DNA from: Nitrospirota bacterium | GTDB lineage: Bacteria; Nitrospirota; UBA9217 | Direction of reading: 5' to 3' | Assembly (NCBI GenBank): GCA_963741205.1 | Contig: CAVUHW010000020.1 | Location: 293,744 to 357,743 of the forward strand | Length of the DNA stretch: 64,000 bases | Shown: in pieces, positions 34,691 to 45,915 of the stretch | How the letters are laid out: every line of letters begins with the position of its first letter | Numbering within the stretch: position 1 is the first letter of the stretch | Notes under the pieces: model-generated | What the model was told of the DNA's origin: nothing | Databases searched by the model: none | Seen by the model: the letters and a program-made list of their open reading frames with translations, nothing else | Program-made: the position numbers and the translations under genes

Positions 34691-35315
34691 TTACAGGAGA
34701 CGTTTTTTCAGTTCTTCATCCTGAAAAATCTGGTCCATGGCCGACGAAAGGGCCTCGGAAAGCGCGCTTTCCAGTTTCTCCTGCGAATACAACACATCCT
34801 GGTCGAGTTTGCTGCTCACCACGATCGTCCTGATGATTTTTTTCTCCGACGGGTCGCCGGCAACGACCTTGATCAGTATCGTTGCCAGGAGGTGCGTTTT
34901 CAAAGGTTCGGCGGTGGATTCCAGCCACAGCATCTTGATCTCGCCTCCCAGCAGCAGCGCCGACCCTCCGTCCGTCATGCCTTCCGCGGTCAAGTCCCAT
35001 GCGGGAACGTCCTTCACGGAAATACCGCGTGACGCAAGCGCCTTCTTCAGGATGGAAGTCGTCAGCTCCGCCACCGTACCCTGAACAACAAGGTCATTCA
35101 CCTGCCCGCTCGGTATCGTTCTCTTGCCCAGAACCGTTGCCGGCTTGCCGCGAACGTCCTGAAAGGGGCTCACCTCAACGGTTAGCCGTCGAAAGCGCTC
35201 CCGCTTTTTCTTTGGGCTCCTGATATGCGATATCGAGCAGGATCGGCCCCTTCTCGGCGCATCCGTGGAGCAACACTGCCAACACAACGATAAGCAAAGA
35301 CTGCTTGAACCTCAT
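34691..35315 (-). CDS. lipoprotein (frameshift near 5' end)
   Basis: MRFKQSLLIVVLAVLLHGC lipobox; body continues in a second frame. Confidence 0.7.
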
Positions 35316-35333
35316 GATTACCTTTCTCGAGAC

Positions 35334-35402
35334 CATCGTGATCCATGATGCATGATTCACGATGAAAAGCCTGGATCCTGCATCCTGCGCCGTGCATCCT
35401 GT
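35334..35402. repeat. heptamer tandem tract
   Basis: ATCCATG ATGCATG ATTCACG ... ATCCTGC ATCCTGC GCCGTGC ATCCTGT. Confidence 0.7.
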
Positions 35403-35403
35403 C

Positions 35404-35877
35404 TCATTCTCTCGTTATCGCCACCTTGCCCGTACGCACGATTTCTTTGATGCCGATCGGACGGAGGAGCTCGATGAAGGCCTCGATCTTCTTCTCATCA
35501 CCCGTCAGCTGGAAGGTATAGCTTTTTTGCGAGGAATCGACGACACGCGCGCGGAAGATATCGGCGATCCTGAGCGCCTCGGCCCGGTGCTCGGCCGGCG
35601 CGTTGACCTTGATGAGGCACATCTCACGCTCGACAAACTCCTTTTCCGCAAGGTCCGTTACCTTGATGACGTCGATAAGCTTGTTCAGCTGCTTGATGAT
35701 CTGCTCAAGGATGCGCTCGTCTCCGCTGGTCACGATCGTCATCTGAGAAATAGTAGGATCCAGCGTCGGTCCGATCGAGATGGTTTCGATGTTGAACCCC
35801 CTGCCGGAAAACAGTCCGGACACCCGCGACAGAACGCCGAATTTGTTCTCAACAAGCACCGATATGATATGTTTCAT
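35404..35877 (-). CDS. ilvN: acetolactate synthase small subunit
   Basis: [32 protein letters not shown]. Confidence 0.95.
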   Translation of the reverse strand: MKHIISVLVENKFGVLSRVSGLFSGRGFNIETISIGPTLDPTISQMTIVTSGDERILEQIIKQLNKLIDVIKVTDLAEKEFVEREMCLIKVNAPAEHRAEALRIADIFRARVVDSSQKSYTFQLTGDEKKIEAFIELLRPIGIKEIVRTGKVAITRE

Positions 35878-35886
35878 GCTTTATCC

Positions 35887-35968
35887 TTGTATTGCCCACG
35901 GATGAAGACGGTTTAGCAGCAAAAATATCTTAAGCTTTACGTTTTACCGTGTTTATCCGCGGTTACAA
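35887..35968. repeat. periodic-arm inverted repeat (10-nt period)
   Basis: CCACGGATGAAGACGGT vs revcomp CCGCGGATAAACACGGT. Confidence 0.65.
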
Positions 35969-37709
35969 TTATTTTACGGCTTTCAGCTTCTTCTCTTCTT
36001 TTTTCTTCTCTTCCCCGAAGATCATCTCGTGAATGGACGCGCCTGCCGGCACCATGGGGTAGACCTTCTCGTAGCGGGCGGTCACGAAATCCATGAACAC
36101 GGTCTTCTTCGCTTTGAGGGCCTCTTTGAGCACCGGCTCGACCTCCACGGGCTTCACCGCGCGCAGGCCGATCGCCCCGTACGCTTCGGCGAGCTTCACG
36201 AAATCCGGAGTGCTGCCGAGGTCCACCGACGAGTAGCGCTCCTGAGTAAAACAGCTCCTGCCACTGGCGCACCATGCCCAAGTAGCGGTTGTTCAGGATC
36301 ACCACTTTTACGGGGATATTATTCTCAACCGAGGTGGCCAGCTCCTGGATGTTCATCTGGATGCTGCCGTCTCCGGATATGCTGAACACATTACGGTCGG
36401 GATGGGCCACCTTGGCGCCGATGGCCGCCGGGAACCCGTAACCCATGGTTCCGAGTCCGCCGGAGGTGCACCAATTCCGCGGCTTGTCGAACTTGTAGTA
36501 CTGCGCGGCCCACATCTGGTGCTGGCCTACGTCGGTCACGATGATCGCGTCCCCTCCGGTGATCTCGTAGAGCTTCTCCACCACGAACTGCGGCTTGATG
36601 ACGTCATCGGCGTACTCATAGGTGAGCGGCCGTTCTTCGCGCCAAGCCTCAATCTGCCTGAGCCAGCTCTTACGGATCGCTTCCCAGGGTTCCTTGATAG
36701 CGCGGAGCTCCTTGTTGAGGTCCACCATGACGTGCTTCACATCGCCCACGATCGGGATATCCACGCGTACGTTCTTCCTGATAGAAGTCGGGTCCACGTC
36801 GATATGGATGATCCTGGCTTCGGGCGCGAACCCTTCCACCTTGCCGGTTACCCGGTCGTCGAACCGCGCGCCGATGGCGACGATCAGGTCCGAGTTGTGG
36901 ATCGACATGTTGGCATAATAGGTCCCGTGCATGCCCAGCATGCCGAGCGAGAGCGGATGAGTGCCCGGAAAGCCTCCGATGCCCATCAGGGTATGGGTCA
37001 CAGGAATTTTCGTAATCTCGGCGAACTCGAGGATCTCCGCCGAGGCGTTCGACAGGATAACTCCGCCACCGATATAGGCCACCGGTTTCTTGGCCTTGGC
37101 AATGGCTTCGGCCGCCTGCTTGATCTGCCACTTATTGCCGGTAACGGTCGGATTGTAGCTCCTGATCTCGACCTTCTCGGGATAATGGAACTCGGCCTTG
37201 TTCGTCACCACGTCCCTCGGCAAATCGACGAGCACCGGGCCCGGCCGTCCTGTCGAGGCGAGGTAGAACGCCTCTTTGATCGTTCGCGCGAGGTCCTTCA
37301 CGTCCTTCACCAGAAAATTATACTTGGTGCACGGGCGTGTGATGCCGACGATGTCCGCTTCCTGGAAGGCGTCGTTGCCGATGAGGGCGGTAGGCACCTG
37401 CCCCGTGAAGACCACGATCGGGATGGAATCCATGTATGCGGTGGCAAGGGCGGTAACCACGTTCGTGGCGCCGGGACCGGACGTAACAAGGGCGCAACCG
37501 ACCTTTCCCGTGGACCTTGCATAGCCGTCCGCCATATGGACCCCGCCCTGCTCGTGCCGCGGCAGGATCATGCGCACGTCTTTCTGATCGTAGAAGACGT
37601 CGAAGATCTTGAGCACGACGCCGCCGGGGTAGCAGAAGAGCGTATCGACTTTCTCCTTCTTCAGGCATTCCAGGAGGATTTCAGCACCGCTAATCTCTTT
37701 GTTTGACAT
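35969..37709 (-). CDS. ilvB: acetolactate synthase large subunit (frameshift near 36245)
   Basis: [21 protein letters not shown]. Confidence 0.95.
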
Positions 37710-37731
37710 AATGACACCTATCAATTCTCAG

Positions 37732-37788
37732 GGTAGCCGCCCCGGTTCGTCGGGACGACAGGAACGCACCCCAAAGGGCGCGTCCACC
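37732..37788. repeat. paired REP-like palindromes
   Basis: GGTAGCCGCCCC...CGCACCC-CAAA-GGGCGCG-TCCACC; GTAG-type end. Confidence 0.55.
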
Positions 37789-37793
37789 AAAAT

Positions 37794-39451
37794 TTATTCC
37801 GCTTTTACGATCGCTCCGGTATTGGCCGAAGTGACCACCTTGGCATAGCGTGCGAGCCAACCCGACTTTATCTTCGGCTCACGCGGTTTCCACTTTGCGA
37901 GCCGCTTCTTGATCTCCGTTTTGGACAACTTGATCTCCAGCTTCCGATTCGGGATGTCGAGGACGATCTTGTCTCCGTTCCGTACGATCGCGATCGGCCC
38001 GCCCTCCGCAGCCTCGGGCGAGATGTGGCCGATGCACGGGCCCCGCGTGCCGCCCGAGAACCTGCCGTCGGTCAGGAGCACGACGGACTCTCCGAGCCCC
38101 ATGCCGGAGATGGCCGACGTGGGCGATAGCATCTCACGCATGCCCGGCCCGCCCTTGGGCCCTTCATACCGGATCACGATCACATGGCCGGCCTTGATCT
38201 TTTTTGCGAGAATGGCCTTCATGGACTCTTCCTCGGAGTCGAAGACCACGGCCGTGCCTTCGAATTTCATCATTTTGTCGCTCACTGCAGTCTGCTTCAC
38301 CACACTGCCGTTCGGCGCAAGGTTGCCCTTAAGCACCGCAATGCCGCCCTCCTTGTGATAGGCCTTTTCGAGCGTCCGGATCACATCCGCGTTCCCAACC
38401 CGGCCGGCCTTGGCGATCACACCAATCGATTTGCCGCTCACGGTCGGAGAATCCTTCAAAACATCCTTAAAACGCGACAAAACTCCGGGAATGCCGCCTG
38501 CTGCATCGAGGTCTTCGAGATAATGGTGACCGCCAGGCAAGCATATTGCAAACATGCGGCGTCGTACGGCTGATCTTGTCGAACGTGTCCATCGACAGCT
38601 CGATGCCGGCCTCATGAGCGATCGCGGGTATGTGGAGCGTCGTGTTCGTGGACCCGCCGAGCGCCATGTCGATCCGTATCGCGTTCTCAAAGGCGTTCTT
38701 CGTCATGATCTTGCGCGGAGTGAGATCTTCCTTCACCATGCTGACGATCCGTTTGCCGCTATCGAAGGCGATCCGCCGTTTTTCGGCTGAGACCGCGAGC
38801 GCGGTAGCGCATCCGGGAAGGCTCATGCCGAGAGACTCCGTGACGCAGGCCATGGTGTTCGCCGTATACATGCCCTGGCATGATCCCGGCGCCGGGACAG
38901 GCGCAGATTTCGAGCTCCGCGAGCTCCAGTTCGGAGATCTCGCCCTTCCGCACCTTGCCCACAGCCTCGAAGGCGCTGATCAGGTTCACGCGATTACCGC
39001 GATAATTGCCTGAGTGCATGGGACCGGCGGTCACCACGATCGTCGGGATATCGATCCTCGCCGCCGCCATAAGCATGCCCGGCGTGATCTTGTCGCAGTT
39101 CGTGAGCAGCACGAGCCCGTCAAAGGCGTGGGCCATGGCCACGGACTCCACCATGTCCGCGATCAATTCGCGCGAGGCCAGCGAATAGTGCATGCCCATA
39201 TGCCCCATGGCAATACCATCGCAGATGCCCGGTACTCCGAAGAAGAGGGGCCAGCCGCCGCCCGAGTGTACGCCCTTCTCGATGAACCGCTCCAGGTCGC
39301 GCATACCGATATGCCCCGGGATGAGGTCGTTCCAGCTCGTTGCCACGCCGATCATGGGCTTGTCGAGCTCGCTCCTCGTGATGCCTGTGGCGAATAATAG
39401 AGACCTGTGCGGCGCCCGCTCCAGGCCTTTCTTGATTCTATCGCTCCTCAA
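37794..39451 (-). CDS. ilvD: dihydroxy-acid dehydratase (2 frameshifts)
   Basis: [34 protein letters not shown]. Confidence 0.95.
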
Positions 39452-39643
39452 CGTTCGTACTCCTTAACTTGTTTGACGGCCTCGTAATCGAAGACAGCGC
39501 AGGCTCAAAACACCCCTCCAGATAAATCGGGCGTACGCAATTAGGTACGCCCATGGAGGATGGATGCCTCACAACAAACGTTAGAACTTTTTAAAAAAGC
39601 CGATAATCATTATTTTTAACATAGATAGATGATTCTAGTCAAT

Positions 39644-39683
39644 AAAAAAATCCCTCTTTACTTCTACTCGTAAAGAGGGATTT
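39644..39683 (-). terminator. intrinsic terminator
   Basis: 14-bp stem AAATCCCTCTTTAC/GTAAAGAGGGATTT plus T-run on minus strand. Confidence 0.8.
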
Positions 39684-39740
39684 CTGACTTACAACGCCTA
39701 TAATACAAAAAGCAAGGTTATTTACCTTGCCTTCAACTTA

Positions 39741-39980
39741 TCAGGCCCTCCCGACCTTGCTGCGCCTGATCATGTCCATCATTTTGTCTTTTGCCGCCAA
39801 TTTCAGTTTCTGAATCCGCTTTCGTTCCACTTCTTCCTCAGGAGTGAGATACACATGAGAATCGATGCTCGCCAGTGTGGATTCCAGCTTATGGTGTTCT
39901 TCTTCCCACTTCTGGAACTCCGGGTTCTCTGTCCTGAGCTTTTCCCGCACTACTTCTTCCTTTACCTCCATGACATTCAT
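39741..39980 (-). CDS. DUF465 (YdcH-like) coiled-coil protein
   Basis: EEHHKLE...KLKLAAKD pattern. Confidence 0.8.
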   Translation of the reverse strand: MNVMEVKEEVVREKLRTENPEFQKWEEEHHKLESTLASIDSHVYLTPEEEVERKRIQKLKLAAKDKMMDMIRRSKVGRA

Positions 39981-40128
39981 AGGCAGCCCTCCTTATCGTC
40001 AGGTTTATTATGGTCTGAGAAGGTGTACAAAGAGCAATGCAAAAATTTTGTGTCAATAGAAAATTATCATACTTTAAAGGAAAAGGCAATAGATAATAAA
40101 TACAACATAAAACAGCTACTTACGGTTT

Positions 40129-40624
40129 TTACAAGCTCTTGGCCAAGCTCTCGAACGCGCCTTGATCGAGCGTCATGACGACGCGTCTTCGACAGGCGCG
40201 TCATAGTAGTCCCGGCGCATGGACGTACCGGTGAATCCAAGACTCGAATAGAGCTTCTGCGCGGCCATATTCGATGCCCTGACCTCGAGAAAGGCGCGCT
40301 TGCGCGCCTCTCTGGCGGGCGCGCGCGATCGCTGCGAGCACGAGCTTTCTTGCGATGCCCTGCCGCCTCGATGCCGGCGCCACGGCGAGGTTCAGGATAT
40401 GCATTTCGTCTTCAACGGTCCAGAATATAATAAAGCCGATGACAATGCGGACGCGGGCCGCCCGCGAGCGCCACCATGAGGTTCGAAACACCGGGGCTTC
40501 TGAACTCCGAGAGGAAGAGGTTCCGGGACCAGGGCATGGAAAAAGACGCCTGTTCGATGGCGAGGACCTGGTCGATGTCCTCCTTCTTCATGAAATCTAT
40601 CGTGATTGCATCTTCTTTTCCCAC
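40129..40624 (-). CDS. rimI: ribosomal-protein N-acetyltransferase (frameshifted)
   Basis: IEQASFSMPWS, HILNLAV..RRQGIA, LEVRASN; follows tsaB. Confidence 0.85.
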
Positions 40625-41296
40625 GCGATCTCGGCCTCCGGCCGGCGAATGTACAGTGGTGCAAGGCTGTCAATATCGGTCTGCCTGCCCGTTCGGATCA
40701 TGTCGAGGCCGATCTCCGCCACTGCCGCGGCCGCCGGCAGGACTGCCGAACGCGGCGCGAACAACGCCAAATTGCCGAACAGTTTTTCGATCTCCCCGCG
40801 ATACAGGAGGGATGCCTCTCCGGTGAACACCGTCTTGCCGGAGAGCAGATCGCCGAGACGGGAGAGAGGAACAACCGCCTCAGGCGCCGTCTGATGGAGG
40901 ACAGACCCGTCTGATATATAGACCGCCGCATAGACTTCATTCTTGCGCGCATCAAGGAGGGGGCAGACGGGACAGGCGGCATGGGGAACGTTCCACGCAA
41001 GCGCGTAAAGCGTCGGCACGGCCGCCACCGGTTTGCCCGTGGCGAACGCGAGCCCTTTGACCGTCGATACGCCGATGCGGAGCCCCGTGAAGGAACCCGG
41101 CCCCGTGGCTACGGCAAAGCCGTCGATCCGGGACAGTGCGAATTCCGGTGTCCTTCAGCACCCGGTCCACGGTTGACATGAGCCGCTCCGAGTGAGTCAC
41201 CTCGATGTTCAGGCTGTACTGCGCAACCACTCCGCTGTCCGAAACCACCGCCACACTGCCGGTCTTTGTTGACGTTTCGATGCCGAGGATGAACAT
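40597..41296 (-). CDS. tsaB: tRNA t6A biosynthesis protein TsaB (frameshifted)
   Basis: [36 protein letters not shown]. Confidence 0.9.
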
Positions 41297-41577
41297 GGTC
41301 GCTACCTTACCGCAAAAGCCATTTGATGTCAAAAACAAAAACATGCGCTATGCCGGCTTTCCATGGTTTTCGTCCTTGACCCGGAAGCCGGATTCGACAA
41401 AAAGAAAATAGTCAATTTTCGAGTCCTGCCCGTAAAAAATTCTTTGGCATTCCGCCTCTTCCCCGCTCGACATCGGCGATTATTTTTTCTATAGTAAGAG
41501 TGAAGGAGAAGCCTGCCAGGCCGCAACCTTTTGTGCTCGCGGGATTGCCGGGCGACGTTTAAGCAAGGAGGTAAAGA

Positions 41578-42426
41578 ATGGGCATTCTTGATTATTTCCA
41601 GTCCGTCGCTACCATGACCGCGGAGCAGGTACGCGTATTCCTGGATGGGCACAAGCCGGATGAGTACAACCTGGTGGACGTGCGCCAGCCCGGGGAATAC
41701 CGGCACGTACACCTGCCCGGCGCACGACTGATCCCCCTGGCCGAGCTTGCCGGCCGGCTGCAGGAGCTCGATCCGGCAAAACCCACGATCACCTATTGTG
41801 CATCGGGCACACGCAGCCGGGCGGCCGCGTCAGTGCTTGAGACCGCGGGGTTCAGGAACGTCTCCAGCATGGCAGGCGGGATCAAGGCGTGGCAGGGAAA
41901 TATTGCGGCAGGGCCGCCCGAGGCAGGCATGGCCTTCTTCACTGCCGCAGCCGATGCGGGCGAGCTGATCGCGCTGGCCTGGCTGCTTGAGGAGGGCTCG
42001 CGCAGGTTCTACTCTGCGGTTACCGAGATGCTGTCCGCGCCTGACGCTGCCGGGCTCTTCGGCGGACTGGTCGAGGCCGAAGAGCATCACAAAGAATCTC
42101 TCCGGGCGCTCTATCGCGAGGTCACGGGTAAGGAGGCGGGCCCTGATTTTCCGAAAGGTCTGGCCGTCACGCCGGACGCGGAGGACCGCATGGAAGGCAG
42201 CATGAAGGTGAGCGAAGCGCTTGACTGGGCTAAGGACAAAGGGACACGGGACCTGCTCGAGCTGTCCATGGCGCTCGAGACCGATTCCTATGATCTTTAC
42301 ATCAAGATGAGCAGAAGCGTGCCCGGAGAGCAGGCACGGCAGGTCTTTGCAAAACTCGTGACTGAGGAGAAGGCGCACCTGGCGCGGATGGCGGACATGC
42401 TGGACCGAAGCGTCGCGGCAGGATAG
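41578..42426 (+). CDS. rhodanese plus ferritin-like (rubrerythrin) fusion
   Basis: DVRQPGEY..HLPGA, YCASGTRS, GGIKAW; E..Y and EExH pairs. Confidence 0.85.
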   Translation: MGILDYFQSVATMTAEQVRVFLDGHKPDEYNLVDVRQPGEYRHVHLPGARLIPLAELAGRLQELDPAKPTITYCASGTRSRAAASVLETAGFRNVSSMAGGIKAWQGNIAAGPPEAGMAFFTAAADAGELIALAWLLEEGSRRFYSAVTEMLSAPDAAGLFGGLVEAEEHHKESLRALYREVTGKEAGPDFPKGLAVTPDAEDRMEGSMKVSEALDWAKDKGTRDLLELSMALETDSYDLYIKMSRSVPGEQARQVFAKLVTEEKAHLARMADMLDRSVAAG

Positions 42427-42494
42427 CAATGATGGATTCGCAGCGTGCCATTGGGGAGCAGCGGCCTCCCTCTTCCCGGGGTCATTCAGCCCTT

Positions 42495-43451
42495 TTATCT
42501 CAAACCCGCCTCGATCTCGGCGATATCCTCCGGGCTCAGGATGAATTCACCAGCCCGCATCACCCCTTCCGCCTGGGCGGCGTTCCGCGCGCCGACGATT
42601 GCGCCGGTCACCGCCGGATGCCTGAGCGTCCAGGCGATGGCCGCTTCTCCCGGAGAACGGCCGTGCCGTTTTCCCACAACCCGGAGCCGCTCGACCAGGG
42701 AGAGGTTCCGGGAGAGGTTGGGCTCGTTGAACTCAGGGCTGCGGCTCCGCCAATCGTCCGCCGGAAGCCTGGCCGCGCGCTCCCGCGTCATGGCGCCCGT
42801 GAGTAGTCCTGATGACATTGGTGCGTACACGATCACGCCGATCCCCTCCTGCTGGCAAAAGGGCAGGACCTCGGATTCGATATCGCGCCGGATGAGGGAA
42901 TAGGGCGGCTGGAGCGAGGTAATAGGAGCTATGGCCTTTGCGCGCTTCATCTGTGAGACGTTAAAGTTCGAAACTCCGATCCAGCGCACTTTGCCCTCTC
43001 TCTGGAGAGCGGCCATGGCGGTCCAGCCCTCATCAAGCTCCGCGCCGTTCCGCTCAGGCGGCCAGTGGACCTGATAGAGGTCGATGGCATCGAGCTTGAG
43101 CCTTCGCAGGCTCTCTTCGCACTCGCGGCGGACCGAGTCCGCCGTAAACTTCCGGTTGACCGTGCCATGGCTGTCCCAGCGCAGCCCGCACTTTGTAAAA
43201 ACAGAGGGGCGCTGGCCCGGCCAGCGCTCAAGCGCCCGCGCCACGATCTCTTCTGAGTGGCCGAGACCATATACCGCAGCCGTATCGATCCAGTTCACGC
43301 CCAGTTCAAGGGCCTTGAGGATAGCGGCAATCGAGTCCTCGTCGTTCTGCGCCCCCCAGCCATATTCCCATCCCGCGCCCCCGATGGCCCAGGCCCCATA
43401 TCCGATGGGAGTAATAGAGAGATCTGAATTGCCCAGTGTTCGTATCTTCAT
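42495..43451 (-). CDS. aldo/keto reductase
   Basis: DTAAVYG, DLYQVHWP, IGVSNF. Confidence 0.93.
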   Translation of the reverse strand: MKIRTLGNSDLSITPIGYGAWAIGGAGWEYGWGAQNDEDSIAAILKALELGVNWIDTAAVYGLGHSEEIVARALERWPGQRPSVFTKCGLRWDSHGTVNRKFTADSVRRECEESLRRLKLDAIDLYQVHWPPERNGAELDEGWTAMAALQREGKVRWIGVSNFNVSQMKRAKAIAPITSLQPPYSLIRRDIESEVLPFCQQEGIGVIVYAPMSSGLLTGAMTRERAARLPADDWRSRSPEFNEPNLSRNLSLVERLRVVGKRHGRSPGEAAIAWTLRHPAVTGAIVGARNAAQAEGVMRAGEFILSPEDIAEIEAGLR

Positions 43452-43706
43452 AATTCACCTCGATATCATCTTTTCGTCGAATGAGGCGGTGGCTTGCTCA
43501 AGTCAAGCTACGAAGCGCGAATGAGTCCGCGAGCAGGGCGAGCGTGTGGTCCCAGAACTAGTCGTGACTCCGCTTACGGGAAAAATAAAAACCAGGATGA
43601 GACAGCAGCTACTTGAACCTCACAAGGTTGTACGGGCCATGATACTAAAAATATAGGGTATGACGAAGGGGAAGTCAAATTTCACGCCAGACACCGGGTG
43701 GTTCTT

Positions 43707-43738
43707 GTGCTCGTGTGATATCATATAAACATGAGCAC
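43707..43738. promoter_or_regulatory. inverted repeat, possible operator
   Basis: GTGCTCGTGT-N12-ACATGAGCAC upstream of the 43787 gene. Confidence 0.35.
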
Positions 43739-43786
43739 GAATAGTTCATCACGGAAGAGTGTAACGGTGTTTCAGGAGGTAGAGCG

Positions 43787-44328
43787 ATGAAAAAGATCAT
43801 GTCGATCACTATGACGGCCCTCGTGGCCATGTCACTGATCGCCCTCGCAGTGTATGCGAGGAGAAAAACAGATGGGACCCCCGGTCACCCACTCCAGGGA
43901 TTTTGACCGCATGAAAGAACTGGTGGGAACTTGGGAAGGGAAAACAGACATGGGCAAAGGGATGGAAAAGCTCACGGTCATCTATGAATTGACTTCGGGC
44001 GGCAATGCCGTCGTGGAGCGGTTCAATGTGGGAACGCCCCACGAGATGGTCACGGTCTACTATGACTACGGCGGGAAACTGGCCATGACCCATTACTGCT
44101 CACTCGGGAACCAGCCCCACATGGAGCTCAGTAATCCCGGCGAGACCAACCTGAAGTTCATTCTGTCCGAAAAAATGCCTGGCCTTGTTTCGTCGGATGA
44201 AATGCATATGCATGCTCTCACCATCGCCGTCGACGGCAAGGACAGCATCACCCACACCTGGACCCTCTACGATAAGGGAGCGAAGAAGTCGGATGTCGAT
44301 GGTCAAGTTAGCGCGCGTCAAAACATAA
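43787..44328 (+). CDS. secreted hypothetical protein (frameshifted)
   Basis: SD AGGAGGT, signal peptide, THYCSLGNQP motif. Confidence 0.7.
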
Positions 44329-44465
44329 CCGGGTCATTCGAGCGGACCACAGAGAAGGAGTACATAAACAGCCGGGACAGCATGCCCCGGCTGTTTTGCT
44401 GATAAGCAAGAGAACGACAAGCGGAGCCCCCCTCGTTATTGATTTCGCCTTTTCGTCATGACACG

Positions 44466-45785
44466 TCACACGTCCGCGTCGGTCTGCAATCCGTGTCCGA
44501 TCGCTTTTTTGAGCGGCTTCAGGAGGGCGAGGAACGCCAAACCGGACGCGAAGGACAGGGCGAACATCAGCAGGAAGAAATTCTCCTTGGGCATTTTCTC
44601 CCAGAACGTTCCCAGATATCCCGACAGGTAGTTGCCGAAAAAGCTCGAGAGGAACCAGACGCCCATCATCATGGAGACGATCCGGGCGGGAGCGATTTTG
44701 GTCACCAGGGAGAGGCCGATCGGGGAAAGATAGATTTCGCCGATCGTGAGCACGAACGTGCACGATGCGAGCCACCAGAGGCTCGCCTTGGGAATGACTG
44801 CCAGTTCCCGGGCCGGCGGGATCAAGACCAGAAAGGCCGCGGCAAGAAGGATGCAGCCGATTCCCATCTTGGCGATGCTCGAAGGTTCCTTTCCCCGGCG
44901 GTCCTGCGCGTGCCAGAACATATTCAGCAGCGGAACGAAAATGAAGATCATGAGCGGATTGAACGACTGGAACCACGAGGCAGGCATCTCCCAGCCGAAG
45001 ATCACCCGGTCCGTATTGGCGTCGGCCCAGAGCGCCATGGTGTTTCCCTGCTGCTCGTAAACGCTCCAGAAAACGATGGAGAGCGCCATCATGACGAAAA
45101 TCGCGCCGATCTTCAGCCAGTCCTCTCGTGTCATCGGTTCTGAAGACCTCTTCTCTCCGGACTGCTTTTTCTGCATGATCAGGTCGGTGGCAAGGTGCTT
45201 CTGACCCCACAGATAAACAAGGACCCCGATCACCATGCCGACGCCGGCAGCGGCAAAACCCCAGTGGTACCCGATCTTCTCGCCGAGGGTCCCGCAAACG
45301 AGCGGGGAAAAGAACGCGCCGAGATTGATTCCCATGTAGAAAATGCTGAACGCGCGGTCGCGGCGATGGTCGCCGGGAGGGTAAAGCGCCCCGACCTGCG
45401 TCGAGATATTCGGCTTGAAGGCGCCGTTTCCGAGGATCAGGAAAACGAGCGCGGGGTAGAACAGGCTTTCAAAGGCCATCAGGAAATGTCCGATAGCCAT
45501 GAGCACCCCGCCCAGGATCACCGTTCGACGCTGCCCAAGAAGCCTGTCCGCGAGCATGCCGCCGAAGAGCGGGGTGAAATAGACAAACCCGGTATAGAGC
45601 CCGTAAATCTCGGATGACCGCTCCTGCGTGAACTGCAGGTGCTTGATCATGTAGTAGACCAAGAGTGAGCGCATCCCGTAGTAGGAAAACCTCTCCCACA
45701 TTTCGGTAAAAAAGAGGACATACAAGCCAGGGGGGTGTCTATGGCCTCTGGTCATGTTCTCGGTTACGGCAATCGAATCGCTCAT
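44466..45785 (-). CDS. POT/PTR family proton-dependent oligopeptide transporter
   Basis: EMWERFSYYGMR, FYMGINLG. Confidence 0.93.
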   Translation of the reverse strand: MSDSIAVTENMTRGHRHPPGLYVLFFTEMWERFSYYGMRSLLVYYMIKHLQFTQERSSEIYGLYTGFVYFTPLFGGMLADRLLGQRRTVILGGVLMAIGHFLMAFESLFYPALVFLILGNGAFKPNISTQVGALYPPGDHRRDRAFSIFYMGINLGAFFSPLVCGTLGEKIGYHWGFAAAGVGMVIGVLVYLWGQKHLATDLIMQKKQSGEKRSSEPMTREDWLKIGAIFVMMALSIVFWSVYEQQGNTMALWADANTDRVIFGWEMPASWFQSFNPLMIFIFVPLLNMFWHAQDRRGKEPSSIAKMGIGCILLAAAFLVLIPPARELAVIPKASLWWLASCTFVLTIGEIYLSPIGLSLVTKIAPARIVSMMMGVWFLSSFFGNYLSGYLGTFWEKMPKENFFLLMFALSFASGLAFLALLKPLKKAIGHGLQTDADV

Positions 45786-45915
45786 CTATCGGTCTCAGAA
45801 ATCATGGTGAGGAACACAGGGAGAACATCGCGGTCCCTTCTCGACAATGACAAGTGCGTCACATGAAGGAAAAATGGAAGAAGAGAGTCAATTGCGCGGC
45901 TACGCCTCTCTCTTA

